A stretch of 64,000 nt of DNA from Candidatus Goldiibacteriota bacterium (lineage in GTDB: Bacteria; Oederibacteriota; PGYV01; DYJU01). Below are positions 1 through 11,296 of this stretch, one piece after another. A model generated the notes under the pieces. The model saw nothing but the letters and a program-made list of their open reading frames with translations. It was not told the origin of the DNA and did no database searches. The position numbers and the translations under genes are program-made. How positions within the stretch are numbered: the first letter of the stretch is position 1; every line of letters starts with the position of its first letter. The DNA is taken from NCBI GenBank assembly GCA_938034975.1, contig CALHNI010000001.1:17641-81640 (forward strand). The letters run 5' to 3'.

Positions 1-113
1 TCCTGACCCCTGTGTTGCAATGCATAAAGTCCTAAATATGCCAATTTTGCAGATTCGCTATTGCCATAAATACCAACTATACCACAAGCCTCTTTTATTT
101 TATCTTCATACAT
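1..113 (-). CDS. purF: Amidophosphoribosyltransferase, 5' part (runs off the window)
   Basis: Manual translation [37 protein letters not shown] (propeptide, catalytic Cys, LQHRGQ); overlaps the purL stop; not in the ORF track. Confidence 0.93.
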   Translation of the reverse strand, partial: MYEDKIKEACGIVGIYGNSESAKLAYLGLYALQHRGQ

Positions 114-2367
114 ATTCATTTACTCCTGTCATCCACAATTTTTCAATCTCATTTAAATCCAAATTTAATTTTTTTGAATATTTTTTTGCAGCCCAATCAA
201 TATTTATTATTAACCTATCACCACCTGTTTTACCAATTTCGGTTGCTATTATTTTGTTTTTAGATGCTATACGTTTTAATCTCAATAAATTTTCTCTTTT
301 AACAGTTACAATGGCACGTGATTGGGTTTCTCCGAATAAAAGCGCATCTATTCTTATATCGCTTTGTAATTCAATATAAGCACCAATTGCTTTTTCATTA
401 TGTAATTTTCCTGATAAACAGCATTCAGCAAGAGCCACCGCCAGACCACCTTTACTTATATCATGTGCTGAAATTATAATTCCATTTTTAATACCTTCTA
501 TACATGTTTTTTGAAGTGCCTTTTCCTTTGCCATGTCAATTCCTGGAACCGGTCCTTTTACCATATTGTGAATTTCTTTTAAATACTCCGACGCACCTAT
601 TTCTTCTTTTGTCTCGCCCAGCAAAACTATTATATCACCTTCATTTTTAAAATATTGTTTCACATATCTTTTATTTTTCCCTTTAATATAACCTACCATA
701 CCTACAACAGGTGTTGGATAAATAGCATTTTGGGGGCTTTCATTATAAAAGCTGACATTACCGCTTATAACAGGAGTATTCAATTTTTTTGCCGCATAAG
801 CCATACCTTCCACTGCTTTTTGGAATTGATAAAATATTTCCGGATCCTCAGGATTTCCAAAATTAAGACAATTGGTAAAAGCAATTGGTTGTGCTCCACT
901 CATACTAACATTCCTTGCTGCTTCTGCAACTGCTATCATACCACCTGTAAATGGATCAAGATAAACATATCTCCCATTTCCATCAACTGATGTTGAAAGT
1001 AATAAATCTTTTCCTTTAATATTAATAACCGCAGCGTCAGAACCAGGCAAAGTAAAAGTATTTGTCTGAACCATGTGGTCATATTGTCGCCATATATTTG
1101 ATTTACAGGATATATTTGGCGATGAAATTAACTTTTTAAAAATCTCTTCTATATTATCAGGGACTTTTATATCATCATTGTTAATATTTATATTTTTTAA
1201 ATATTCAGGTTTTATTCCTTTTTGCTTTTTAAGAGGAAAATATTTATAACTGCTATCGGTTAATGCCCTGATTGGAATATCCGCAACTATTTTACCATTT
1301 TCATAAATTTTAAACTTTTGTTCTTTAATAACTTTACCTATTTTTACAGCATGCAACCCCCACTTTCTCAAAATTTTTTCAACTTTTTTTTCATTTCCTT
1401 TCTTACAAACAAGCAGCATTCTTTCCTGTGATTCAGAAAGCAAAACTTCATAGGCATTCATATTTAATTCTCTTTTAGGGACTTTGTCTATATCAATTTC
1501 AACTCCGGTCCCTGCTCTATATGCCATTTCAGAAGAAGATGACGTAAGCCCTGCAGCCCCCATATCCTGAATCCCTATCACTAAATTTTTATCAATAAGT
1601 TCAAGTGTGGCTTCAAGTAAAAGTTTTTCCATGAAAGGATCTGCAACCTGAACTGATGAACGCCTTTTTTGATTTTCTTCTGTAAGTTCAGCCGATGCAA
1701 AAGATGCACCATGAATGCCATCTCTGCCTGTTAAAGCGCCAATATACATAATTGGATTCCCTGCTCCCTTTGCAATCCCTTTTTTTATTTTATTTTTATT
1801 TACTATTCCTATTGTCATAGCATTTACAAGACAATTATCCTGATATGAATCTTCAAATACAGTTTCTCCTGCAACTGTTGGCACACCAACACAATTTCCA
1901 TAAAATGCAATTCCACTCACAACACCATGTAAAAGATGTTGGGTCTTTAAAGTTTTTATATTGCCAAATCTTAACGAATCTAAAATAGCAACAGGTCTTG
2001 CTCCCATTGTAAAAATATCCCTTAATATGCCCCCAACACCAGTTGCAGCGCCCTGAAAAGGTTCAACGGAAGATGGATGATTATGAGATTCTATTTTAAA
2101 TGCTATTCCTATGCCCAATTTGGTGTCAATAATTCCTGCGTTTTCACCTGGTCCCTGTAATACATATTTCCCTTTTGTTGGAAATTTTTTAAGTACAGGT
2201 TTTGAATGTTTGTAACTGCAATGCTCAGACCACATAGCGGAAAAAACACCGAGTTCAACTATATTAGGTTTTCTTCCCAGTATTTTTATTATATTGTTAT
2301 ATTCTTCTTTATTTAAATTATGCTCTTTTAAAATTTCATCCGTAATTTCTATATCATAATTATTCAT
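106..2367 (-). CDS. purL: Phosphoribosylformylglycinamidine synthase subunit PurL
   Basis: [40 protein letters not shown] motifs. Confidence 0.98.
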   Translation of the reverse strand: MNNYDIEITDEILKEHNLNKEEYNNIIKILGRKPNIVELGVFSAMWSEHCSYKHSKPVLKKFPTKGKYVLQGPGENAGIIDTKLGIGIAFKIESHNHPSSVEPFQGAATGVGGILRDIFTMGARPVAILDSLRFGNIKTLKTQHLLHGVVSGIAFYGNCVGVPTVAGETVFEDSYQDNCLVNAMTIGIVNKNKIKKGIAKGAGNPIMYIGALTGRDGIHGASFASAELTEENQKRRSSVQVADPFMEKLLLEATLELIDKNLVIGIQDMGAAGLTSSSSEMAYRAGTGVEIDIDKVPKRELNMNAYEVLLSESQERMLLVCKKGNEKKVEKILRKWGLHAVKIGKVIKEQKFKIYENGKIVADIPIRALTDSSYKYFPLKKQKGIKPEYLKNININNDDIKVPDNIEEIFKKLISSPNISCKSNIWRQYDHMVQTNTFTLPGSDAAVINIKGKDLLLSTSVDGNGRYVYLDPFTGGMIAVAEAARNVSMSGAQPIAFTNCLNFGNPEDPEIFYQFQKAVEGMAYAAKKLNTPVISGNVSFYNESPQNAIYPTPVVGMVGYIKGKNKRYVKQYFKNEGDIIVLLGETKEEIGASEYLKEIHNMVKGPVPGIDMAKEKALQKTCIEGIKNGIIISAHDISKGGLAVALAECCLSGKLHNEKAIGAYIELQSDIRIDALLFGETQSRAIVTVKRENLLRLKRIASKNKIIATEIGKTGGDRLIINIDWAAKKYSKKLNLDLNEIEKLWMTGVNEYV

Positions 2368-2379
2368 CTTTCACCACTT

Positions 2380-3090
2380 TCAACTTTTTTTTATATAATC
2401 TATAATTGACTGCCATATTAATCTTCCATCTTCTGAACCAAGTTCTTTTATCATTGCTCTTTCCGGATGCGGCATCATTCCCAAAATATTTCCTTTTGTA
2501 TTCATTATACCAGCTATGTTATATATTGAACCATTGACATTTGCTTCATCGGTTATCATGCCATTTGAGTCACAATACCTGAAAATAATTTTATCCTTTG
2601 CAATCAAAGTATTTAATGTCCTTTCATCACAATAATAATTTCCTTCACCATGAGCAATTGGTATTTTTAATACCTGTCCTTTTGCACATCTGTTTGTAAA
2701 AGGCGTATTTGTATTTTCAACTGTAATATTTACATATTCACAAATAAACTTTAAATTTTTATTATGCAGCATAGCCCCGGGTAAAAGACCTGCTTCAAGC
2801 AAAATTTGAAAACCATTGCAGATTCCAATTATAAATTTGTTTTTTTTATTGGCAAAATCACTTATGCTTTCCATAACTTTTGCAAAACGCGCTATTGCTC
2901 CGCTCCTTAAATAATCCCCATAAGAAAAACCACCTGGTAATACAAGACAATCATATTTTTTAATATTTTTTGATTCATGCCATATAAATTCTGCTTCTTG
3001 ATTTAACACATCCTTTAAAGCCCATAAACAATCCGCATCGCAATTTGAACCGGGGAAAACAACGATACCGAATTTTAATTTTTTATTCAT
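2380..3090 (-). CDS. purQ: FGAM synthase glutaminase subunit PurQ
   Basis: [32 protein letters not shown]. Confidence 0.98.
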   Translation of the reverse strand: MNKKLKFGIVVFPGSNCDADCLWALKDVLNQEAEFIWHESKNIKKYDCLVLPGGFSYGDYLRSGAIARFAKVMESISDFANKKNKFIIGICNGFQILLEAGLLPGAMLHNKNLKFICEYVNITVENTNTPFTNRCAKGQVLKIPIAHGEGNYYCDERTLNTLIAKDKIIFRYCDSNGMITDEANVNGSIYNIAGIMNTKGNILGMMPHPERAMIKELGSEDGRLIWQSIIDYIKKS

Positions 3091-3091
3091 C

Positions 3092-3331
3092 TTAAATTAT
3101 CTCAAAATCATATTTTTCAATATTTGGATTGGCAAGTAATTTATCACAAATCTCATCTACTTCTTTTTTTATTTTTTCATTATTTCCGTCAATTTCCATC
3201 TCAATATACTTACCTATCCTTACATCCTTTATATTTTTATAACCCATTTTTACAAGTGCCGCATTTACTGTTTTGCCCTGCGGCTCTAAAACACCATCTT
3301 TAAAAGTAATATATATTTTTGCTTTTGCCAT
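3092..3331 (-). CDS. purS: FGAM synthase subunit PurS (start moved to MAKAK)
   Basis: [22 protein letters not shown]; GAGGTG RBS precedes the ATG at 3331. Confidence 0.95.
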   Translation of the reverse strand: MAKAKIYITFKDGVLEPQGKTVNAALVKMGYKNIKDVRIGKYIEMEIDGNNEKIKKEVDEICDKLLANPNIEKYDFEII

Positions 3332-3378
3332 AAAACACCTCATTGCTTTTTTTAACTTTCAGGAATTATGTTTTTATT

Positions 3379-3406
3379 ATTATATAGAATTTAAATATTT
3401 TTACAA
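3379..3406 (-). promoter_or_regulatory. Putative sigma70 promoter of the pur operon (TTGTAA-16-TATAAT)
   Basis: Hexamers read directly, upstream of purS. Confidence 0.6.
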
Positions 3407-3420
3407 GTTTTTTTATACGA

Positions 3421-3606
3421 CCGCTAAAACGCATTTTTACTGAAAATTTTTTTATCTATCTTATAATAAACTTTTATTTTTATAATGCATTTTTTTTTAT
3501 TCACTCGACTTTTTTAAAATAAAGCATTGGTATTGTTTTAAAATTTTATTTTTTTAATAATGTTTCCATCCTCTGTAAATCTCAATTTCCTATTGCGGTT
3601 TTCAGG
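3421..3606 (+). repeat. Dispersed double-hairpin element, copy 1
   Basis: CCGCTAAAACGCATTTTTACTG (collapsed hairpin A), TATAATGCAT...TATTCAC core, GTATTGTTTTAAA, hairpin B ending TTGCGGTTTTCAGG. Confidence 0.8.
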
Positions 3607-5062
3607 ATATGAATTTGAATTTATTTTTTCTAAAAATATTTAAGCATAACTTACTTATATCATTATCATAAAGAATTCCCTTATTTTTAATAATTTCATC
3701 CAGCGCCTTATTTATTCCGAGCGCCTTTCTATACGGTCTTTTAAATGTCATAGCCTCAATAACATCAGCAATGCCAATAATTTTTGCTTCTAACAGAATT
3801 TTATCTCCTTTAAGTCCGCGCGGATAACCGCTTCCATCTATCCTTTCATGATGCTGGTAAATAATCTCTGCAACAGGCCAGGGGAAATATATAGATTTTA
3901 AAATTTTATAACCCTCTTCAGAGTGAGTTTTTATTATTTCATATTCTTCTTTTGTAAGTTTTCTTGGTTTATTAAGTATGGAACCTGATATAAAAATCTT
4001 TCCTATATCATGAATTACAGCAGAAATATATATACATTCAATCTGTTCATCAGATAATCCATATTCCTTTGCAATAAATTTTGCAAGTTCAGCGGTTCTT
4101 CTCTGGTGTCCAACAGTATACTTATCTTTTTTCTCAACAAGCTTTTCCATTGCGGTTATAACCCCATCCATAATTTTTTTCATTATTAAAAAATTCTTTT
4201 CTATTTTATTCTGAAAATCTGTTCTTTCACTTATATTCCTTATTATAGATAAAACCACAGATTTATTATTGTATTTAAAAACATGAGAATTAACTTCACA
4301 GTTAATAATATCCCCATTACTCTTTTTTACCGGGACTTCAAAAATAGCTTTTTTATTTTCTCTTAATCTTTTTAAATACAGATTTATGATTTTTTTATTA
4401 AATTTCGCATAAAAATCAAAAGGGGTTTTTTTTAATATTTCATTTTTTGATAATCCCAATTGCTCACATGCGGCTTTGTTTACCTCAAAAAATTTACCGG
4501 GTTTTTTATTTTCAATTGTATGTAAAACAATCGCATCATTGGATTTATTAAAAATAGTTTTATATAATTCTTTTTCTGACACATTATCATTTTCTTCCAA
4601 ATATCTAATTGTTAACAATAGTGCAAAAGGTTCCTTATCCGCATTATTAACCCGCGCAATATTTACAAGTCCATAAAATTCTTTTTCTTTTTTTATAAAT
4701 TTGCTCCTAAAATTACCCACAAAACCTTCATTAAATGCTCTTTTAAAAATAGCTTTTATAATTTTCCTTTCATCTGGTAATACCAGGTCAAAAAATTTTC
4801 TTCCTTCCATACTTTTTTCATCCCAAAACCCAAATATTTGAGCTGCCTTATCCGAAGAAAACAATATGTCAAATCTTTTATCAATCATAATTATAGCATC
4901 ATTTGATGTCATTATAATTTTTTTATACATCTCTTCGGAATTTTTAAGTGAATTTTGAAGCGTTTTTATTTTTAAATTTAAATATTGATAATTAAGAAGG
5001 TTGGGATGAAAATCTTTGGATTCTTTGGAATTAAAAACCTGTGAGTATCTGTTTTTAGTCAA
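3602..5062 (-). CDS. PAS-PAS-HD-GYP c-di-GMP phosphodiesterase
   Basis: Two PAS domains; YTVGHQRR, HDIGKI, HHERIDGSGYP, RPYR. Confidence 0.93.
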   Translation of the reverse strand: MTKNRYSQVFNSKESKDFHPNLLNYQYLNLKIKTLQNSLKNSEEMYKKIIMTSNDAIIMIDKRFDILFSSDKAAQIFGFWDEKSMEGRKFFDLVLPDERKIIKAIFKRAFNEGFVGNFRSKFIKKEKEFYGLVNIARVNNADKEPFALLLTIRYLEENDNVSEKELYKTIFNKSNDAIVLHTIENKKPGKFFEVNKAACEQLGLSKNEILKKTPFDFYAKFNKKIINLYLKRLRENKKAIFEVPVKKSNGDIINCEVNSHVFKYNNKSVVLSIIRNISERTDFQNKIEKNFLIMKKIMDGVITAMEKLVEKKDKYTVGHQRRTAELAKFIAKEYGLSDEQIECIYISAVIHDIGKIFISGSILNKPRKLTKEEYEIIKTHSEEGYKILKSIYFPWPVAEIIYQHHERIDGSGYPRGLKGDKILLEAKIIGIADVIEAMTFKRPYRKALGINKALDEIIKNKGILYDNDISKLCLNIFRKNKFKFIS

Positions 5063-5149
5063 TCAAAGCTCCTCTTTAAATTTAGTCAAAAACTTTTAGG
5101 CATTCGTTTTTAATTATATAAAAAAAAAGTGAAAAGTAAAGATTTTTTT

Positions 5150-5326
5150 CCGTAAAAACTCGTTAGAAAACGCGTTTTTACGGAAAAACTAAATTTTTTA
5201 TTATATTTATTAATAAATTTTTATTTTTATAATACAGCCCTTTTATTCACCAGTTTTTTTAATAAAACTCAATTGTTGTTTTAAATTTACTTTTGAAAAT
5301 TGAAATCTTTTAATTCAATTTTTAGG
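5150..5326 (+). repeat. Dispersed double-hairpin element, copy 2
   Basis: CCGTAAAAACTCGTTAGAAAACGCGTTTTTACGG, TTTTATTCACC core, degenerate hairpin B. Confidence 0.88.
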
Positions 5327-5407
5327 TAAATTTTATTAACACGGCTAAGAAAATATTTTTTCATCTCAGAAAAACACAAATTTTATTATCATCTTTTATT
5401 TTTAAAT

Positions 5408-6238
5408 TTATTTATTGCTCATTTCTCTGTATTTTTCTGGGCCTCCTGCTATCATATCAGCGCATTTTATACATTTTATATCATGGCAATGAGTAATTTG
5501 GGGGGTAATTTGTATAATTCTTGCAGTTTTTTTTAATAAACTACCAATCGGGAATAAACGCCATAAACTTTTTCCAATAGTTATTTTTTTATCTATTCCA
5601 TTAAAAAAAATATCAAGATTTAAAAAGCCTTCAGAGCATCCCCCACACTCAACTTCCATTGGCAAACCATCAGTATTTAATGCCCACCTTATAAACATAT
5701 TTCTACCTGCCATCTGTTCTGCAAGATGTAAAGCTGTTAATTTATTTAAATTAACACCCAATAAAAGTATATAACCATTAAATAAAGCAAGTTCTCTTAA
5801 AGGAGCAAATACATCCATTGGTTTTTGTGTTTTTATAATCTCGCTTGCAAATGGACCTATCCCTGTAAAAGAACATACAGGGTGATAACCTCTTATTCTT
5901 TCTTTCATATGCAGCATAGTATAAGGAATAATCCCCATCTCATTTTTTGAGATACAATCAGAATTTGTCGTAAAAATTTCCCTGTTTTCAGTTATTTTAA
6001 CAGAATAATCATAACCGTTTCTTGAATATTTTTTCCCCTCTGGTGGATTTATTAAAAACTCATAAGAAAATGTTGGAGTGATAAGAGTGCAGCCGTTATC
6101 TATGAAAACATTAATTATGGATAAAGGACCACCTTCTACTACATCACCAAATGATTTTAAAGAAGAATGTAATATGATACATTTCCCTTTTATATTAAAT
6201 TTTTTTATAGCATCATTAATCTGCTTTTTAGTTATCAT
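5408..6238 (-). CDS. AAC(3)-family (Antibiotic_NAT) N-acetyltransferase
   Basis: ILHSSLKSFG, TLITPTFS, MGIIP, HPVCSF, LLLGV...TALHLAE. Confidence 0.85.
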   Translation of the reverse strand: MITKKQINDAIKKFNIKGKCIILHSSLKSFGDVVEGGPLSIINVFIDNGCTLITPTFSYEFLINPPEGKKYSRNGYDYSVKITENREIFTTNSDCISKNEMGIIPYTMLHMKERIRGYHPVCSFTGIGPFASEIIKTQKPMDVFAPLRELALFNGYILLLGVNLNKLTALHLAEQMAGRNMFIRWALNTDGLPMEVECGGCSEGFLNLDIFFNGIDKKITIGKSLWRLFPIGSLLKKTARIIQITPQITHCHDIKCIKCADMIAGGPEKYREMSNK

Positions 6239-6246
6239 GAACCGGT

Positions 6247-7380
6247 TTATTTTATTAAAACATTAAAAACAAATTCTTTTTTTCTTTCTGAATCTCCGAA
6301 TTTTAATTCCCAGTTGTGTGCCTTTAAAATGCTCTGACATATTAAAAAATTAAGTATCTGTGTTTTGTATTCTTCGTTTTCTTCAATTCTTTTGTAAAAA
6401 TCATATTTTAAAATATCATCATATATTTTATCTTTGAATTTATTACCGTATATTTTTATATATATAATAAAATTATATTCATTATCGCTTTTTTTTATTC
6501 CAATTACTATTCCTTTATTTTTATCAGTAAAAGAAATTGCATTTTCAATTAATATATTCAAAGCCCGTGCTATTCTATAACTATCAATATTTAATAATAT
6601 CTTTCCTGGTAATAATTCTTTCTCAATTATGGCTTTTTTATAGTTATTTTTTATAACTTCTTTTAAAATTTTAATAATATCTTCTTCTTTTTTTATCAAG
6701 TTCATGATTCCTGTTTCAATTCTTACTGTATCTAAAAGATCGTTCATTAAATCATATATTTTAACTGTATTGTCTCTTATAATTTTTAATTTTTTTTGTT
6801 GAGCAGATGTGCATTTACCATTTTTTACTTTTTCCAGAAAATTTACTGCTTCTTTTATTCCCAACACAGGATTTAAAAGACCTTCTATTATATTTATCAT
6901 AAAATTTGCTTTTGCATTTTCAAACCATTTTACTCTTTTTAAATTCCCATCAAGAATTTCCTTGCTTTTTTGAAGTTCAATGAATATTTTATTTCTTTCA
7001 TACGCATATAAAAGGGATTTTTTTAAAAGATCGCTGTCCATCCTGCCTTTTACAAGATAATCCTGTGCACCTTCTTTTAATGCCTTTATTGCCGTTATTT
7101 CATCATCCAAACCAGTAATAATGACTATAGGTATATTTAATGCCTTATCTCTGACCCTGTTTAAAGTATAAATACCATTACTGTCAGGCAAAGATAAATC
7201 AAGCAAAATAATATCCGGCTTTACTTTATCTATTGCCTGCAAACCAGTTAATAACGTATTTGCCACTTCAAGATAAAAAGGTGAATTCCTTATTTCTGAT
7301 AGTATCTCCCAGATTAATCTGACATCTCCCTCATTATCTTCTATTAGTAAAACTTTTAAATGCTTTTTTTCTTCAAACAC
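6247..7380 (-). CDS. Receiver domain fused to a degenerate HisKA/HATPase (pseudokinase-like)
   Basis: LLIEDN...LLDLSLPD...DYLVK receiver; H-box His replaced; N box NILIENAISFT kept; G boxes lost. Confidence 0.8.
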   Translation of the reverse strand: MFEEKKHLKVLLIEDNEGDVRLIWEILSEIRNSPFYLEVANTLLTGLQAIDKVKPDIILLDLSLPDSNGIYTLNRVRDKALNIPIVIITGLDDEITAIKALKEGAQDYLVKGRMDSDLLKKSLLYAYERNKIFIELQKSKEILDGNLKRVKWFENAKANFMINIIEGLLNPVLGIKEAVNFLEKVKNGKCTSAQQKKLKIIRDNTVKIYDLMNDLLDTVRIETGIMNLIKKEEDIIKILKEVIKNNYKKAIIEKELLPGKILLNIDSYRIARALNILIENAISFTDKNKGIVIGIKKSDNEYNFIIYIKIYGNKFKDKIYDDILKYDFYKRIEENEEYKTQILNFLICQSILKAHNWELKFGDSERKKEFVFNVLIK

Positions 7381-7382
7381 TT

Positions 7383-7832
7383 TTATCCACCTTTATTTTT
7401 GGGTAATCTCACAATATTTAACCAGAATTCTTCAATGCACCTTATAACTTTAATAAATTCATCTAGCTGCATTGGCTTTACTATATAGCAATTCGCTCCC
7501 ATCTTATATGCTTTTATAATGCTTTCTTCTGAATCAGAACTTGATATAATTATTACAGGTATATCTTTAAATTCATCTGATTCTTTTATTTCTTTTAAAA
7601 CTTCAAATCCGTCTTTTTTAGGTATATTTATATCCAGCATAATAATATCCGGTCTTTTTTTATTAACAGATTTATTTTTAAATAAATAATTAATTACATC
7701 TTCGCCATCTTTAATTACAACTATATTTTCATTCCTTATGTATTTAAAAACTTCTGTTATTAATCTTACATCAGCATCATTATCTTCAACAAGCAATATT
7801 TCCAACATAACTTTATTTAATAAATTATTCAT
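7383..7832 (-). CDS. Rcp1-like single-domain response regulator
   Basis: ILLVEDNDAD, PDIIMLDINIPKKDG, GANCYIVKP, IEEFWL. Confidence 0.92.
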   Translation of the reverse strand: MNNLLNKVMLEILLVEDNDADVRLITEVFKYIRNENIVVIKDGEDVINYLFKNKSVNKKRPDIIMLDINIPKKDGFEVLKEIKESDEFKDIPVIIISSSDSEESIIKAYKMGANCYIVKPMQLDEFIKVIRCIEEFWLNIVRLPKNKGG

Positions 7833-7845
7833 TTTTAAACTCCTT

Positions 7846-10287
7846 TTATTTTTTGTTTACAACCGGTATATTAAAATAAAAGGTTGAACCTGCCCCAGGT
7901 TCAGATTCAACCCATATTTTTCCATTATGAAGTTCAATAATTTTTTTACATATAGAAAGACCAATACCACTTCCAGGATATTCATCTTTTGTATGTAACC
8001 TTTTAAATAATTCAAATATTTTCTCATAATATTCTTTTGCGATACCAATACCATTGTCCTTGATAGAAAAAACTATTCCTTTACTTGTTTTCTTATATGA
8101 AATAGTTATAACAGGGGGCACTTCTTTTTTTGAAAAAATTAAGGCATTTGTTATTAAATTTTGAAAAACCTGTTCCATCAAAATCTCATTTCCCCAGAAA
8201 TCAGGTAATTTATCATAAATTATCTTCCCATTTTTTTTCTGAATCAGATAAGAAACATTGTCTATTACTTTTTTAACAATTTCTAAAGTATTTATAAGTT
8301 TAAATTCTCCGGCGGACCTTCCAATCCTTGAATAATCAAGAAGGGCTTTAATTAATTGTTGCATTCTATTTACGCCTTCAACAATAAATTTAATAAAATC
8401 ATCTGCATTTTTATCCAGTTTATCTTTATATCTTCTTTCCAAAAGTTGAACATAACTTGCTATCATTCTTAATGGCTCCTGCAGGTCATGCGATGTAATA
8501 TAAGCAAATTGTTCTAATTCAGTATTTGCCCTTTCTAATTCTTTAATTATCATTTTTAATTTTTCTTCTGTTTCTTTAATTGATGTAATATCAATAATTG
8601 TTATCAAATTCGCAATTTTGTTTGCATAAATTATTTTTTTAAAATTCATATCTATATATTTTATTTTTTTGGATTTTGTCAATATTCGTGTCTGGATATT
8701 GTATATTTCATCTTGTCTTAATTTATCAATATCATCCATATATAGTGCAGCCATCCTTTTCTCATCAGGATGAACCATATTTAAAAAATCCTTATTAGAA
8801 TAACTATATAAATCTTGTATACTAACTTCTAAAATATCGGAAATTGCATTATTGGCATATATTATTTTATTATCCTGATTTATAAGAATGCCATAATTTG
8901 CCTGCTCTGATAAAGTTTTAAATTTTTGTTCTGATTCTTTTAACAACATGTTAGCTTTTATTTTTTCAGTAACATCGCGCATCACACCTAACATTCTATA
9001 AACTTTATTATTGCTATCTGTTAAAAAAATACCCTCATCTTCTAAAAATATATAATTACCATTTTTATGTAAAAATCTATATTCTGCATTATATTTACCT
9101 TTTTCCCGATATGCTTTCTTTAATAATTCAATAACGTTTTTCCTGTCATCTGGATGTATCATTTCTTCCCATTTTTTGATATCAACTTTATTATTAAAAT
9201 ATTCAATTGGCCATCCGGTTATTTTTTCAATTGCACCACTCCAGTTAATTTTTCCTGTTTTCACATCATAGTCATAATTCATCAAACCTGTTTGATTAAT
9301 AAGAATATCATGTAATTTTTTAAATTCAATTAATTTGTTTTGAATTTCTTTTCTTGCAGTTATATCTCTTATTATTGAAAGAGCGACTTTTTTATTTTTT
9401 AAACGAAAAATTCGCGTATTTATTTCAACTGGTATTTTTTTTCCATATTTATTTACTATTTCAGTTTCATATATGCAGAATTTTTTTGTGTTAAGTTCAT
9501 GTCCTATCCTCGGGAAATCTTTTAAATATTCCGGAGTAACTATATCCTGGGGCTTTTTTTTCAACAATTGATTTTTATTAAATTTCAACAGTTGGATCGC
9601 CTTATTATTGGCATCTAAAAAATAATGAGCCCTGCCATCTCTTGTAAGTCCATTTATCATAACCATATCATTTGTGTTATTGAATATTTCCCTGTATTTT
9701 TTTTCGTTTTCTTCTAATTTTAATTGGATATTATAAAATTTAATTATATTGGTTATTATTTTGACAGTTTTTAATAAAAGCCGTTTTGAATTCTCATCTA
9801 AAAATGGCTTTAATTTTTGCTTTTTACATATATCAAAAGTCATTGACCCCATTGTTTTATCATTAGTACTTATTGGAATAAAAATTAAAGTTTCTATATC
9901 AAGATCTGTAAAAAATTTTTTTATTAAATTCCTTGTTTTCAGGTTTTTTATTTTCCCGGGAAAATTTTTTACCAATCTGTCTGTCTGGAAAATTTTATAC
10001 TTTTTTTTAAAAAAATATTTTATAATTTTATCCGGTAATTTATAATTTAAACTTGACTTTATTCCTTTATCTCGCCATTCTATTATACATTCATGGTATA
10101 AATCCCTGTATGCATTATACGAAACCCGGCCAAAATTAAATGTTTTCCCTATTAATTCAAAAATTTTTTTTATTACACGTTTTTCATTATTTTCTTTTAC
10201 AAAATTTATTCTGTATAATTTTGAAAATAGTTTTTCTGAAAAATTTCTCTCATTAATTTTATTTTTTATAATTATACCTTTTGCCAT
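7846..10287 (-). CDS. GAF-like/multi-PAS sensor histidine kinase (Cph1-type kinase core)
   Basis: ELEQFAYITSHDLQEPLR, QVFQNLITNA, DNGIGI, YPGSGIGLSICKK; three PAS/PAC units. Confidence 0.93.
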   Translation of the reverse strand: MAKGIIIKNKINERNFSEKLFSKLYRINFVKENNEKRVIKKIFELIGKTFNFGRVSYNAYRDLYHECIIEWRDKGIKSSLNYKLPDKIIKYFFKKKYKIFQTDRLVKNFPGKIKNLKTRNLIKKFFTDLDIETLIFIPISTNDKTMGSMTFDICKKQKLKPFLDENSKRLLLKTVKIITNIIKFYNIQLKLEENEKKYREIFNNTNDMVMINGLTRDGRAHYFLDANNKAIQLLKFNKNQLLKKKPQDIVTPEYLKDFPRIGHELNTKKFCIYETEIVNKYGKKIPVEINTRIFRLKNKKVALSIIRDITARKEIQNKLIEFKKLHDILINQTGLMNYDYDVKTGKINWSGAIEKITGWPIEYFNNKVDIKKWEEMIHPDDRKNVIELLKKAYREKGKYNAEYRFLHKNGNYIFLEDEGIFLTDSNNKVYRMLGVMRDVTEKIKANMLLKESEQKFKTLSEQANYGILINQDNKIIYANNAISDILEVSIQDLYSYSNKDFLNMVHPDEKRMAALYMDDIDKLRQDEIYNIQTRILTKSKKIKYIDMNFKKIIYANKIANLITIIDITSIKETEEKLKMIIKELERANTELEQFAYITSHDLQEPLRMIASYVQLLERRYKDKLDKNADDFIKFIVEGVNRMQQLIKALLDYSRIGRSAGEFKLINTLEIVKKVIDNVSYLIQKKNGKIIYDKLPDFWGNEILMEQVFQNLITNALIFSKKEVPPVITISYKKTSKGIVFSIKDNGIGIAKEYYEKIFELFKRLHTKDEYPGSGIGLSICKKIIELHNGKIWVESEPGAGSTFYFNIPVVNKK

Positions 10288-10363
10288 ACAAAGCCCCTAA
10301 AAAAGCATTTTTACCCATTCAGATTATATATTTTTTTTAAAAAAAAGTAAAGATATTTTTTAG

Positions 10364-10575
10364 CCGTAAAAACGCGCCAGAAAACGCTTTTTTTAGAAAA
10401 AACAAATTTTTTTATTATTTTTATTTAATAAATTTTTATTTATTAAACACATTAATTTTATTCACCTTTTTTTTTAATTTAAAATAAAACATAAGGTTTT
10501 GTTTTAAAAATTTTATTTGTTTAATAATTTTCTTTGTGTTTTTTCTCCTTACAATTTATCATTGCTTTTTTAAGG
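10364..10575 (+). repeat. Dispersed double-hairpin element, copy 3
   Basis: CCGTAAAAACGCGCCAGAAAACGCTTTTTTTAG, TTTTATTCACC, AAAATAAAAC, TTGTTTTAAA. Confidence 0.85.
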
Positions 10576-10624
10576 TTTGGTATAATATAGCATTATACTC
10601 TTTTTATTATAATATATATCATCT

Positions 10625-11296
10625 TTATTCCCAGGATCCGAAAGCGCCAGCTCCAAAATTTTCAACCTTGCTTATTTTTCTATTTTTAATTTTAAATAAT
10701 AATATAATAAAAAATAAAATAAAAATACTAATTATTATATAAAATGATTTAGTAAATTTTATAAATTTATTTTTGTCCCTACCCCCTGTTTTCTTTATAA
10801 ATTCCATAATACCTTCGTATATACCTCTGCTGTATTCTTCATTTTTAAAACAAGGTATTATTTTATTATCTATTACCGAAGATAATATTGAGATAATATT
10901 AACAGGTATTTGTTCTCCATATTCATAATGTAATTTCCTGTCATTTAGCGCAATAAAAAACAAAATTGCTTTCTGCTTGTCTAAAAATTTTATCCTTTCT
11001 GAATTAAATAATTCTTTCACATACTCTTGAATAACCATTTCATCCTGCACATAATCTTTTAATGAATTTATTACAATTACTTTGATCTCAATATTTTGCA
11101 TTTTATTAAATTTTATTAATAATTCTTCAAGAGATTTTTTATCTGTTTCTTTTAATATTTTTGCAAGGTCATTGATATGTTCATCTTTAATTTCAATTCC
11201 CCTGGCATTTAATATAATATTGATAAATATAAGAAGCAACATGAATCGTAAAATTTTACGAAAAAACGAAATATTTTTATTATTTTTATAACGCAT
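10625..11296 (-). CDS. TPM-domain membrane protein (N-terminus lies within repeat copy 4)
   Basis: INDLAKIL, EIKVIVINSL, ILFFIALNDRKL, C-terminal TM and FGAGAFGSW. Confidence 0.8.
   Translation of the reverse strand: MRYKNNKNISFFRKILRFMLLLIFINIILNARGIEIKDEHINDLAKILKETDKKSLEELLIKFNKMQNIEIKVIVINSLKDYVQDEMVIQEYVKELFNSERIKFLDKQKAILFFIALNDRKLHYEYGEQIPVNIISILSSVIDNKIIPCFKNEEYSRGIYEGIMEFIKKTGGRDKNKFIKFTKSFYIIISIFILFFIILLFKIKNRKISKVENFGAGAFGSWE

Noticed and set aside
5341-5405. Possible additional truncated element copy
   Set aside because: Too degenerate to distinguish from AT-rich background by eye
5408-6238. Acquired aminoglycoside resistance gene
   Set aside because: The AAC(3) family includes many chromosomal enzymes of unknown substrate; no cassette or transposon context
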